DNA from: an uncultured Bacillales bacterium
GTDB lineage: Bacteria; Bacillota_I; Bacilli_A; RFN20; CAG-826
Direction: 5' to 3'
DNA length: 64,000 bases
NCBI GenBank assembly: GCA_903845135.1
Contig: CAIMWL010000025.1
Coordinates: 528 to 64,527, forward strand
In this document: in pieces, positions 44,401-52,412 of the stretch
How positions within the stretch are numbered: the first letter of the stretch is position 1
Layout of the letters: each line of letters opens with the position of its first letter
Made by a program: the position numbers and the translations under genes
The notes under the pieces: model-generated
The model's input: the letters and a program-made list of their open reading frames with translations, nothing else
Databases searched by the model: none
What the model was told of the DNA's origin: nothing

Positions 44401-45686
44401 CTGATTTAGTCAAAGATGCCTTTGGTTTTATTTCTTTTTCCACTTACACAGAAAATAACGAAAATTATTACTTAAATCCAAGACAATATGCGTTGACTGA
44501 TTTAAACCAAATGGATTATTCAGGCGTTAATCCTGTAATTGTCCAAACTGGCGTCATTGCTCAAGCGCTCAATAATTTCTATGATAATGATACGAATGCC
44601 TATTTAGATTTAGGGGCAAACTTCAACATGAAAGATTACTTGGAGGATGGTAATTCAACCTTTGCTATTCTTGATTTATTAGCGCGAAGTCAACTCTTTG
44701 GCAATCAAGCAACCATCATTAACGATCCCTCCAATCTTGCCTTAGGTTTGCAGCCCACGAGCTTAACTTTTAAAACTAGAGCCCTGACATTCTTTAATTT
44801 ATTGGATGGCTCTGGGGTGACAAAGTACTTCAATTATTTGAATACCACTGCCGATGAAAAAGAAAAGAAAGTAGATCGCATTGAAGATATTTTTGCCGGC
44901 GACTTTGATACGGTTTTTGAAGCGAATCGACTTGATCAATTTATTGCTGTGCTCTCTGATTTCACTGCCCTCACCGATGCCTCCTCATTGAGTGATAATC
45001 CCAATGAAATGAGGTCATTAATGACACTTACGTACGCCAATACAGGTTACACCATTACGGATCGTGCTTTCTTAGTTTCTGAATTATCCGCTGGGTTCTT
45101 TACGGATATTTTCAATGAAGAATATGCAAATGTCTTGGATACCAATGCTCCTTTCTTTGGTGACAGTGGTAATTTGACCAAACGCATTAATTTTTATGAC
45201 GGCAATCCGAGTAATGGTATCAGTAATGATTTTTTAAACCTCAATCCATACGAAGCAGATGGTCTTGAAGGTTCATTACGATACTTGAATGTGATTGCGG
45301 GTATATCTGATGACTATATCGCGAGTGGATTTGATCCTAATTATGACCCTGGATCGACGCGCATTGCTTTGATGAAAGCCTCAATGGTATTGATGGGAAG
45401 CTTATCTAATAACCAAGTCACTGGGACTGCCCCATTCGGTCCAACTCATGATTTAAATGCTTATGATTACTCCTTATGGACAACTAGTGGTAATTCACAA
45501 ATTGCTAAACTTTTCTATGCTTCACAAGTTGTGCAAGCACCTGGTTTTACATTCTTTAGTCAACTTGTCACTGCTCGATCATTAGTGTTAAATCCAACAT
45601 TCCCTGTTAACTTAACAACAAGTGCATATGCCACCAACTTTGTGTTTGAAATTGAAGGCGAAAAAATAGAGTATATTTTTGCTTGA
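38430..45686 (+). CDS. Giant (2418 aa) acidic repeat protein with N-terminal CvpA-like multi-TM anchor; function unknown
   Basis: Single uninterrupted ORF with GGAGG 7 nt upstream of the ATG. The first ~210 aa contain about 5 hydrophobic segments, and the first (YALYGIFGMVALGFILGFLRGVWREGFRLLFVGG) resembles CvpA. The rest is rich in D/N/L/T/S, I found no Cys on reading, and there is no catalytic motif. Confidence 0.85.
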   Translation: MFSILSFGIDPTQIAQYLDYALYGIFGMVALGFILGFLRGVWREGFRLLFVGGLVIASVLFTRQIVDFAMDYDVSSIASSAGFGSIALNLNGAPIIVSVTTPYETIYEILEQALLAFGFFITPAIADLIIGLTLVLLRYLVFIVLAIIIFLLGESVAAILYFIPFRFLIPRNVRKKMKMRLLGGLAGALKMVLVLTMFLSPFTSLVNTITGSFKDFDEEYGDQIDAELYNEIMTFVNAYNDSTFAQTLFSWSITDDGLSIDTALMDYVTGQDLDAYRLTLANELGSFVDIAATLIGSGAVDSTFATIDTSLLITEDVVTNLITSLTGSVLIMKLLPIAVTIGLNLDEVSPFLDPDLINLDDLVWEDELNYIGDIFTGVIRSGVLTPILAGNTDTLTLINTMFTPTAKDEVLMMLETLDTSPFLSQVIPAVLYKLVTDEINAGGPAGGIGLSTFLPTAWSEYESLSFGSELSLIYELVYELNEGVDGLLDVVLPANQNQAPLGRKFVDEPTPTLIDLLKDNFDLFVEVLIGEVDEDGLPINNDPTEGTSINRRALLDSNLIVNGLPTIVEDLLLPTLTSIAGETFDDTELNTLISDFNSGSRGDIRLDYKGEFAGIFSILGAVLENETLISLIQPEPGQALDILALLEDGAFRSGLKADLIPALDRSQIILTVVPGILESTLTGAGFDDFLSLISLTTADLNFEFESLSRELTIVVDMMGYAFNVLDASADLLNQFPTIAYDLIGLLDNIYYSDIINLNPTTNNKTTNFNQIIKGIFSLVEGIGIEETDIDTGFNRVGPSGLENGWTTTFIDTNGNDKLDALDTISFRGENFHLINFLKTALESGLLDISGDIFAALEDLTTGSEDIDDPDVATLYKIFAYADRSEIIAAAFGGILDNLFGTTGGLLDADLGTSFRNVTSWTEEGSTLMYLVKQLTNFADGLENIDFLNSDVSMIEELLQGLAASQIFIKPNGDYVFPDFLLDQLTGIADLASYFEDPAPYQSTWDDDATDNFTIVTEDFYAISNQASTRANWYGVKAMITDGNGDPILDLNGDVQFEYVGGELENIVGFISELQSVSISDLTSGTGLSGETISDVLLALNNASSLRVLVYNVYDSIFGGTNFDIGSLSLSDTNTFVFLDLNQAGRAEQIQATADLLDTISEMGLDGGGAFDIANFDESTILTVGDLLTILHDAALFNSFKLGRSRLNGDLTVFEQAYQFLLTTATLDTFIYDGLTAPQREAALYQDIVALNNNFGNETPDDWDGVDGEIQRFVDIMVSFVNTGIDFANFGGDAIGDLLNTEVGLGKVEDLLLSMNESTIISPAIGNLFGNVFDSDAFNIGGLTMSDANTGYFNAEPVKANRATEISLILDIYWDINSIGITGGAAFSADLIDPVLFDALLNKMHDSRVFNSFKSGNTYLLDDLTIFEQTVRMILNTSTLDTFIYDEPINANRLLLLQDDIAELDNNFGTSLTDDDWTGNNGEINQIIGILESFKETDIDFANFGGDAISDLLSTGPGLTKVENLLLSMNLSTLVSPSIGNLFGNIFDSDSFNINGLTMSDSNTGYFNQESVKLNRAQEISLILDIYSDISSIGLSGGAAFTKDKIDPLLFDQLLNNMYLSKVFNTFKLGNSYLLNDLTIFEQTISMILNTSTIDTFIYDGEINSARLILLREDIEHLTNSFANPSISNDWLGNTGEIANIINVLEKFKALDIADFSSFSGAGSSDVLSDLTETEAGLASVENLLFAMNSSAIVYPAIPNLFSNMLNAGAIGGLDVDFSLANTRYRGNRNDPNNLQVGNQYLPYQESEISNILAIFKNVKDVGTKQYDNLNLLTNDEIDDMQFLLEDLHDSNVFHQQGPSSGLTSDLTVFEQMVVMMMNQTRVSDLIYDLNNPNPIYIGAFTTKEEKAEFLVLNFATLFPVNNLTHFTSSWLNTATESGELTRFFTIFKVLKANLPGVGNLDGIDVGAISPNGISNIMAALNYSSLASDAVPDLVKDAFGFISFSTYTENNENYYLNPRQYALTDLNQMDYSGVNPVIVQTGVIAQALNNFYDNDTNAYLDLGANFNMKDYLEDGNSTFAILDLLARSQLFGNQATIINDPSNLALGLQPTSLTFKTRALTFFNLLDGSGVTKYFNYLNTTADEKEKKVDRIEDIFAGDFDTVFEANRLDQFIAVLSDFTALTDASSLSDNPNEMRSLMTLTYANTGYTITDRAFLVSELSAGFFTDIFNEEYANVLDTNAPFFGDSGNLTKRINFYDGNPSNGISNDFLNLNPYEADGLEGSLRYLNVIAGISDDYIASGFDPNYDPGSTRIALMKASMVLMGSLSNNQVTGTAPFGPTHDLNAYDYSLWTTSGNSQIAKLFYASQVVQAPGFTFFSQLVTARSLVLNPTFPVNLTTSAYATNFVFEIEGEKIEYIFA
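41724..44366 (+). repeat. Four in-frame tandem repeats of ~214-233 codons inside the giant ORF
   Basis: Units start at 41724, 42369, 43011 and 43668. Shared landmarks are MN(E/L/S)ST..SP(A/S)IGNLFGN.FDSD.FNI.GLTMSD.NTGYFN, EISLILDIY, GGAAF and DLT(V/I)FEQ...TLDTFIYD. Units 2 and 3 are the most similar, roughly three quarters nucleotide identity by eye. Confidence 0.85.
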
Positions 45687-45696
45687 TGACTGCGCT

Positions 45697-46455
45697 ATGA
45701 AAAAGTCTTTTCAGCTAAATTTAAAAAGCCAAGTCAAAAAAACCATCGCGATCATGTCTAGTAAAGGCGGTGTAGGTAAAAGTACCATCACCGCTTTGCT
45801 TGCGACCCATCTTACAAAAATCGGAAAAAAAGTTGGCATTTTAGATGCGGATGTAATTGGACCCACGATGTCGCGACTTTTTGCTTTAAAGGGTAAAATG
45901 GTAGGCCAAGATGGGTTGATTTTGCCCTTGACGACTCCGTTAGGAATTCGCCTTATTTCTTCTCAATTACTGCTTGACCAATCGGATGATCCTATCATTT
46001 GGCGTTCGCCACTCGTGTTAGATTTAATTCGCCAATTCTATGTCGATGTCATTTGGGGGGAGTTGGATTACCTTCTTATTGATTTACCACCGGGAACGGG
46101 TGATGTAACCATGACCGTGTTAGAAAGCCTAAATGTGGATGAAATTATCATGGTGACAACCCCACAGGAAATTGTTCAAGATCTTGTCAGTAAAGGGATT
46201 CAAATGGCAAAAATAATCCACAAACCGATTTTAGGATTGATTGAAAACTACAGCTATTTTATGTGTGATGATTGCCACAAAAAACACCCCTTATTTCAGA
46301 CGAGCGATCGACAACCTCTTTGGGTAAAATACCAATTACCACTATTAGCACAATTACCGTTAGATGCTAAAATACCGAAATTGATAGATAGTGGTAAGAT
46401 AGAAACAATTGAGATTGAAAGCATCAATCAATTAATCAACACTTGGAGGCATTAA
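45697..46455 (+). CDS. mrp: Mrp/ApbC/NBP35-family P-loop ATPase (Fe-S cluster carrier type)
   Basis: Motifs SSKGGVGKST (deviant Walker A), DADVIGPT, WRSPL, DYLLIDLPPGTGD and FMCDDCHKKHPLF (CxxC). The start is ATG 45697, or TTG 45679 which overlaps the giant ORF by 8 nt. Confidence 0.85.
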   Translation: MKKSFQLNLKSQVKKTIAIMSSKGGVGKSTITALLATHLTKIGKKVGILDADVIGPTMSRLFALKGKMVGQDGLILPLTTPLGIRLISSQLLLDQSDDPIIWRSPLVLDLIRQFYVDVIWGELDYLLIDLPPGTGDVTMTVLESLNVDEIIMVTTPQEIVQDLVSKGIQMAKIIHKPILGLIENYSYFMCDDCHKKHPLFQTSDRQPLWVKYQLPLLAQLPLDAKIPKLIDSGKIETIEIESINQLINTWRH

Positions 46456-46459
46456 GATC

Positions 46460-47704
46460 ATGGACGGAAAAGAATTGAACTTAAGAAGAGAAAAATTATT
46501 GGCCCAGGTCATGGAGCAATCCATCATCATTTTATTTGCAGGTGGATTGGTTAAATCTTCCGCAGATGCCACTTATCCATTTGTGGTCAACAAAAACTTT
46601 TATTATTTAACCGGAATTGAACAAGAAAATTCAGTTTTGGTGATGGTTAAAACCCCAACCACAGTCAAAACCTATTTGTTTATTGACGAAATTGATGATA
46701 CAAAAACTCGCTGGGTTGGAAAAAAATTGGATGTAGACACTGCCTCTAAACTTAGCGGCATCCATGATGTCTTTATGCTTTCAATGTTTGACACTAGACT
46801 AAAAGAAATGCTTATTGATACGAATGGTTTCGGTAAAATCACTCATGCTTATTTAGATATGGAAAAATTCCTTATTTTGGATGGAAAACTTAAGACGCCG
46901 GAACGATATGCAGACGATTTAAAATTACTTTCCCCGCAATTAAATATTGAAAATATTTATCCATTCATTACCAAGTTAAGGATGATTAAATCGGCAAAAG
47001 AAGTTGAAGCAATTCGTTTGGCAATTAAGGGAACCGCTTATGGACTGCAATCCATTCGTAAGCATTTAAAACCAGGATTATTCGAACATCAAATTGAAGC
47101 CCTATTTCAATATGCCATAAAAGAATACGGAAATATGGGGCTCGCGTTTGAAACGATTATTGCAAGTGGCAAAAATGCAGTGGTGCTTCATTATCCTAAC
47201 CCCAAAGATAAAATTAGTGATGGCGCTCTTGTCCTTTGTGATTTAGGGGCGACGTATGGTCAATATCGTGGAGATATCACCCGGACCTATCCCGCCAATC
47301 GTAAGTTTAATCCCTTACAAAGGCAAATTTATTCCATCGTTTTAAAAGCTAACCAAATGATTATTCAAATGGCAAAACCTGGTTTAAAAATAATCGACCT
47401 GCAACAAGCAGTGGTGAAATTCCTAAGTGAAGCTGCCCTTAAAGAAGGCTTGATTAAAACACCAGAAGAGATTGGTTCAATTTACTATCATAATGTGGGT
47501 CATCATTTAGGGTTAGATACCCACGATCCAATCGCTAGGGAGTTGCCCTTAGAACCAGGTTGTGTGATTACGGTTGAACCCGGTCTATATATTAAAGAAC
47601 TTGGCATCGGTATTCGCATAGAAGATAACATTTTAATCACGGATAAAGGATGTGAAAATTTATCGATTGATATTCCGAAAACGATTGAAGAACTTGAAAG
47701 CTAA
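46460..47704 (+). CDS. Xaa-Pro aminopeptidase (M24B)
   Basis: Motifs VLCDLGATYGQYRGDITRT, HNVGHHLGLDTHD, VEPGLYI and IRIEDN. Confidence 0.9.
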   Translation: MDGKELNLRREKLLAQVMEQSIIILFAGGLVKSSADATYPFVVNKNFYYLTGIEQENSVLVMVKTPTTVKTYLFIDEIDDTKTRWVGKKLDVDTASKLSGIHDVFMLSMFDTRLKEMLIDTNGFGKITHAYLDMEKFLILDGKLKTPERYADDLKLLSPQLNIENIYPFITKLRMIKSAKEVEAIRLAIKGTAYGLQSIRKHLKPGLFEHQIEALFQYAIKEYGNMGLAFETIIASGKNAVVLHYPNPKDKISDGALVLCDLGATYGQYRGDITRTYPANRKFNPLQRQIYSIVLKANQMIIQMAKPGLKIIDLQQAVVKFLSEAALKEGLIKTPEEIGSIYYHNVGHHLGLDTHDPIARELPLEPGCVITVEPGLYIKELGIGIRIEDNILITDKGCENLSIDIPKTIEELES

Positions 47705-49341
47705 TCTTCGACTTCTCGAAAGCAAGATCCGCCAATAAATTCACGAATTAATGAGTTTGAAGGAATCCATTTTTCTTCCATATCGACAAAATACTTTAGC
47801 ATTCGCATTAATCGTTCAGCAGTTGGAAAATAAACCGTTTCTTTTTCAATCGCTGCCAATAAAGGCATCGCGTATCGTTTCATCACACAAAGCTCATAAG
47901 GTAAAAAAGAGTTAAAGACATAATCTGCTTCTTCTTGCGTTTTATATATCCAAGTAAATTCACCCCTTCTAACAGAGGGCCACATATCAATGGTTTGTTC
48001 AGCCGAAGAACCCCGATATTTTTTATCCCTTACCATTCTTCTTAATAATCTTAAATCCGTTAAGGACATTGGATTATGGTAATCATAATTAATTTGGGAT
48101 TGTGGCGAGATATAAATCTTATATTTTTGCGTTTTGGGAACGAGCGAAGATAACGCATCATTTAAGGCATGGATACCTTCAATAATGATCAAGGTGTCTT
48201 CCTGGATTTTTAATGTTTTAGTTTTCCCTAATGATGCATCAAACTTACTTTGGGGTAAGGTAACCTCTTCGCCGTTAATAAGTTGGGCTAAGTGTTGGTT
48301 AAATAAAGGTAAGTTGAGAGCATTAATATTTTCTAAATCCGGTTTACCATCGCTATCCTTTGGCGCTTGTTCTTTAGGCAAATAATAATCATCAATAGAA
48401 ATACGAATCGGATTAAATCCTCTTGATAATAGTTCAATTCTTAAACGGTTTGCAAAGGTTGTCTTTCCTGAACTAGAAGGACCTGCAATACAAATTAACC
48501 TTAATGCATCACGTCTTTGTTCAATCGCCTCACCTAATTCCACTAACATCCTTGCATGTTTTGCTTCGCAAAGATTGATAAAATCGACGACTCGATCTTC
48601 GCTAACAAAATCATTAATATTTGCTACTGTATCCGCTTGGGTAATTTTTGACCAAGAGTGACTTTCTTTAAGGGTTTGACCAAACATTGGTGCATCCTCA
48701 AATGGTGGAATTTTACCCTTCATTTCAGATCGTGGATATTGAATAATGATTCCTGGCGGATAATAAATTAGTTTCCAATCCTTAATTAATCCAGAAGAAA
48801 TTGCCATCATCCCAAACATGTAATTCGTATAAGCATTAGTTTTATAAAGATGCACTGTTTTTTCTGGGCGATATTTCAAAATATCAATCTTATCGTTATA
48901 TCCAAGTTTTTCATACCATTGCACCGCTTCTTCTTTGTTGACGATTACCCTTTCAAATGATAAATTTTCTTGAACAAGTTGGGTAAGTTTTTGATTTATT
49001 TTTTCAACAAAGGAAGGATCGATTTTTTTAGGAACGCTGAATTCCATAAAAATGGATCGAGAGATGTGATAAGAAAAACGAAAACGATACGTGGGATTCA
49101 ATTGATAAACGGCCATCGCAAGTAAATATCTCAACGTGGTTTCATAGGTGCGAACCGCATCTTGGTCTAAAATGGTCAAAAATTCAATGGTCGCATCAAA
49201 ATAAACTTCATAATTCAAATCACGTATACGGTGGTTGACTTTGGCACATAAAAAAGAATGGTGTTCTGGTAATAATTTTTTTAAAACTATTTTATCTTGA
49301 AATATACTTTCTTTTCCGAGGTATTTTAATCTAAATGCCAT
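47701..49341 (-). CDS. Uridine-kinase/PRK-family P-loop protein with long ThrRS-N-terminal-like (TGS/SAD-like) extension
   Basis: Motifs IAGPSSSGKTTFANRL (Walker A) and IIIEGIHALND. The ~280-aa N-terminal extension is of the kind seen in clostridial 'uridine kinase-like' proteins. ATG 49341 is preferred, with AGGAGG 8 nt upstream. Confidence 0.65.
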   Translation of the reverse strand: MAFRLKYLGKESIFQDKIVLKKLLPEHHSFLCAKVNHRIRDLNYEVYFDATIEFLTILDQDAVRTYETTLRYLLAMAVYQLNPTYRFRFSYHISRSIFMEFSVPKKIDPSFVEKINQKLTQLVQENLSFERVIVNKEEAVQWYEKLGYNDKIDILKYRPEKTVHLYKTNAYTNYMFGMMAISSGLIKDWKLIYYPPGIIIQYPRSEMKGKIPPFEDAPMFGQTLKESHSWSKITQADTVANINDFVSEDRVVDFINLCEAKHARMLVELGEAIEQRRDALRLICIAGPSSSGKTTFANRLRIELLSRGFNPIRISIDDYYLPKEQAPKDSDGKPDLENINALNLPLFNQHLAQLINGEEVTLPQSKFDASLGKTKTLKIQEDTLIIIEGIHALNDALSSLVPKTQKYKIYISPQSQINYDYHNPMSLTDLRLLRRMVRDKKYRGSSAEQTIDMWPSVRRGEFTWIYKTQEEADYVFNSFLPYELCVMKRYAMPLLAAIEKETVYFPTAERLMRMLKYFVDMEEKWIPSNSLIREFIGGSCFREVED

Positions 49342-49440
49342 AAAGAAAGCCTCCTGTTTCCCACACAGGGGAAACACTCAATTATAAATCATTTTTACAA
49401 TTTTCATCACAAGATTTATTTTTGTCGAAATAAAAAGTTT

Positions 49441-49932
49441 TTATACTAAGGTGTGGACATAATTCGCCATAAGCGCTTTAAATCTTGGATAGGAGAAAAA
49501 GGCCTCAGAAGCACTTAGACGATGAACTCTATTCGTTTCTAAAAATATATATAAGGTTGGTGTTGAAAACCCTTCAGGAAAATACTGAGGAAATTGATTT
49601 TGAATCATTGGCAGTTGATGAAGATTTTCAAGTGTGTCTAAGTAATAGACAAGTGCATTCGTCTCATCAATCCAGGTAATCAGGTTTGGTTGAAATCTTA
49701 TGCAGCTACTGCAACTGGGATTTCCTAGATACAAAAGATAATAATCAGACGATAAAGATAAGGTTTCTAAGGATTCCAAATCTAAACGAACCACCCAGTT
49801 ATCAATGGAGGGGTTATTCGCGACCGAATTTGGTAAGTTTGAATTGATGGGAATCCCAATGGTTTGAGCATGCGAAACACACGAAGAAATCATCAATAAA
49901 AGCGTTAAATATATAGGCGTTTTAAGTTTCAT
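49441..49932 (-). CDS. Lipoprotein with thioredoxin-fold-like CxxC region
   Basis: Signal peptide plus lipobox (LLLMISSC). YLLYLGNPSCSSCIRFQP (CxxC) and STPTLYIF (cis-Pro-like) are arranged as in Trx-fold proteins. Confidence 0.55.
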   Translation of the reverse strand: MKLKTPIYLTLLLMISSCVSHAQTIGIPINSNLPNSVANNPSIDNWVVRLDLESLETLSLSSDYYLLYLGNPSCSSCIRFQPNLITWIDETNALVYYLDTLENLHQLPMIQNQFPQYFPEGFSTPTLYIFLETNRVHRLSASEAFFSYPRFKALMANYVHTLV

Positions 49933-50004
49933 TGTGAAAAAATTATAGCATTAGTCAAACTAAAAATCCTTGTTTTGCATATAATGTAACTAAGGGGTCA
50001 CACC

Positions 50005-50535
50005 ATGAATATTTGGCACGACGTTTCTAAAAAAAGGATTAATCCTGAAAAATTTCTTGCTTGTATCGAAATTTCCAAAGGGTCCAAAAATAAGTATGAA
50101 TTAGATAAAGAAACTGGCGCATTGATTCTTGATCGAGTTTTGTTTACCTCGACCCACTACCCTCAAAATTACGGATTTATTCCTAAAACCTATGCAGGCG
50201 ATCTAGATCCGCTTGATGTGCTGGTTTTATGCTCAGAATCCATTCAACCATTAGCACTCGTAGAGTGCTATCCAATTGGCGTCTTTAAGATGATTGATAA
50301 TGGCACTGTGGATGAAAAAATAATTGCTATTTCCGTTTCTGATCCGGTCTTTAGTTCCTATAAAGACCTAAAAGACATCCCGGATCACGTATTCAATGAA
50401 ATGCGACACTTTTTTCAAGTTTATAAAATGCTAGAAGGTAAAGATACCTTTGTTTCACAAGTCGAAGGAAAACAAATGGCCATCGAAATTATTAAACATA
50501 GTATAAAATCTTACGAAGAACACTTCGAAGGATAG
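50005..50535 (+). CDS. ppa: Inorganic pyrophosphatase, family I
   Basis: Motifs KYELDKETG, NYGFIP, DLDPLDVLVL and DEKIIA. Confidence 0.93.
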   Translation: MNIWHDVSKKRINPEKFLACIEISKGSKNKYELDKETGALILDRVLFTSTHYPQNYGFIPKTYAGDLDPLDVLVLCSESIQPLALVECYPIGVFKMIDNGTVDEKIIAISVSDPVFSSYKDLKDIPDHVFNEMRHFFQVYKMLEGKDTFVSQVEGKQMAIEIIKHSIKSYEEHFEG

Positions 50536-50543
50536 CATTACCG

Positions 50544-51065
50544 ATGAACCATGTGGTTCTTTTTCACCCAGAAATTCCTCAAAATACTGGGAATATTATG
50601 CGTACTGTCATGGCAATTGAAGCAAAACTTCATATCATTGGTCCTTTACCTTTTAAGTTAAATGACGAAACCATCAAACGCACAGGACTGGATTATCGAG
50701 ATCATCTTCAGTACGTGTATTACGATTCTTTTACAGAATTTATGCAAACCAATCACCAGCCCAAATTGTATTGCATTACGCGTTATGGAACTAAACTTTA
50801 TACCGACATGCCTGTCAGTGATGCCAATATGAATCATTACTTTTTGTTTGGTTCTGAATCAAGTGGATTAACCGATGAAATATTAAAAGCGAATCAAGAT
50901 CATTTATATCGTATTCCGATGAGTATTTTGGCAAGAAGTCTTAACCTTTCAAATTGCGTTGCATTGGTATTATATGATGCGCTTAGACAACAAAAGTTTT
51001 CTGGATTATCTACCAAAGAAGTACTTAAAGGCGAAGATTTTCTTAAAAACAAATTGAATCAATAA
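50544..51065 (+). CDS. trmL: tRNA (cytidine/uridine34-2'-O)-methyltransferase TrmL (SpoU/TrmH family)
   Basis: Motifs HPEIPQNTGNIMRT, LFGSESSGL and SLNLSNCVALVLY. 173 aa. Confidence 0.85.
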   Translation: MNHVVLFHPEIPQNTGNIMRTVMAIEAKLHIIGPLPFKLNDETIKRTGLDYRDHLQYVYYDSFTEFMQTNHQPKLYCITRYGTKLYTDMPVSDANMNHYFLFGSESSGLTDEILKANQDHLYRIPMSILARSLNLSNCVALVLYDALRQQKFSGLSTKEVLKGEDFLKNKLNQ

Positions 51066-52363
51066 CGTTTAGAGGTTTCTAGAAGTTTTAGACTTAAAAG
51101 GGAATCTGCATTTACTTTGATCGTTTTCGCATCTTTGATGATGACTTGACCAGGCGTCTTCGTTTGTTTTAATGAACCCACTTTTGCATACGTCACGGTT
51201 CCTGCCATTTGTTTTGCCAAAGCTAATACAAGTTGTGAACCGATAATCAAAAGGTCGTGATCAAATTGGTGGTGATGAATCACCACATGGCTACCAGGTT
51301 TACCTTCAATATGCATAAAGATTTCGTTCTTTTTCGCAAGATGAAATGTTAAATGGTCATTTTGTTTAGCATTCTTCCCATAAGAAATCCGAATCCCTTT
51401 ATAGTCAACATAATACGGTGATAAATGCTGAACTTCAGTAGGTTTACCTTCAATTGCACTCAATAAATGCTCTTTTTCAAGAAAAGTTCTTAAAATTTCT
51501 AGATCCTTCTGATTAAGCGGTGGCACCATGACTGTAAATGGAATCATTTCTTGGATTAATTCGTGATTCAACTTTATTTGCGTTTGGGTTAACGCCATCC
51601 CTTTTTTAGCTTTTTTAAAGATTGAAAATAATTCATTTGCACCAGCAAAATCTGTTTTGAACTGTTGATACGGTGGGAGAAGATGATATGGATTGGCATA
51701 GTCTTTCCATGGTTGATTTGGTTGTGTTTGAATCGCCTCAGCAATGGTTTGGTAACCAAGTAATAGTTGATGATGCTTAAGATCTTGCATTAATGCTTCT
51801 TGTTTTCTATTTTTTCTTTCTAACGTTTTTTTGATGATTTGCAAATAAGAAAGCGATAATGAATGGCGGATTATTGATTCAAGTTTGATAGAGGGATCAC
51901 TTACTAACATCGATGGTTTTGACTTGATCATGTCTATGGGCTTCCACCCTAAAATAGAATCAAATAATACCAAATCTGATTGGATTAATTGAAATCTTGG
52001 CGCATAAGGAGCGAGTTGGATTTTAAGGGAAATATATTGTGCTAAATTCTTTAAATCCAAGACAACCGCAAGATCGTTTTCAATCCTGACATTTTGAATG
52101 GTAAAACCTTTTAATTTATCCGTTAAACCTGGATGCAAAAAACTACTTAGTAAAGCCGAATCTATTTTATGTTGTATAGAAAAAGCTGGTTGCTCATTTC
52201 GAAAATTTAGTATTAATATTCCATCGGTTTTGGATCGCATTGCAATGACCCAAAAGTAGGGTTTGATTTCAAATACTTGTTGAATGATTTGATGATTCAA
52301 CTTTTGCCAAATAGTTTCCATTAAAACGCGATTATCTATCATTTTTAAAAGTATATCATACAC
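51059..52363 (-). CDS. Compact NFACT/RqcH-like protein (DUF814/NFACT-R domain)
   Basis: The C-terminal IFMHIEGKPGSHVVIHH is the NFACT-R (DUF814) signature. The N-terminal ~130 aa loosely resemble NFACT-N. At 434 aa it is shorter than typical ~570-aa RqcH. Confidence 0.5.
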   Translation of the reverse strand: MYDILLKMIDNRVLMETIWQKLNHQIIQQVFEIKPYFWVIAMRSKTDGILILNFRNEQPAFSIQHKIDSALLSSFLHPGLTDKLKGFTIQNVRIENDLAVVLDLKNLAQYISLKIQLAPYAPRFQLIQSDLVLFDSILGWKPIDMIKSKPSMLVSDPSIKLESIIRHSLSLSYLQIIKKTLERKNRKQEALMQDLKHHQLLLGYQTIAEAIQTQPNQPWKDYANPYHLLPPYQQFKTDFAGANELFSIFKKAKKGMALTQTQIKLNHELIQEMIPFTVMVPPLNQKDLEILRTFLEKEHLLSAIEGKPTEVQHLSPYYVDYKGIRISYGKNAKQNDHLTFHLAKKNEIFMHIEGKPGSHVVIHHHQFDHDLLIIGSQLVLALAKQMAGTVTYAKVGSLKQTKTPGQVIIKDAKTIKVNADSLLSLKLLETSKRY

Positions 52364-52373
52364 GAAGGTTTGA

Positions 52374-52402
52374 TTGACTTTTAGCTAAATTCATAAGATA
52401 AT
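52374..52402 (+). promoter_or_regulatory. Sigma-70 promoter of gmk-priA
   Basis: TTGACT (52374-52379), a 17-nt spacer, then GATAAT (52397-52402). The ATG lies 10 nt further on with no SD. Confidence 0.55.
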
Positions 52403-52412
52403 TTTTAAAACT

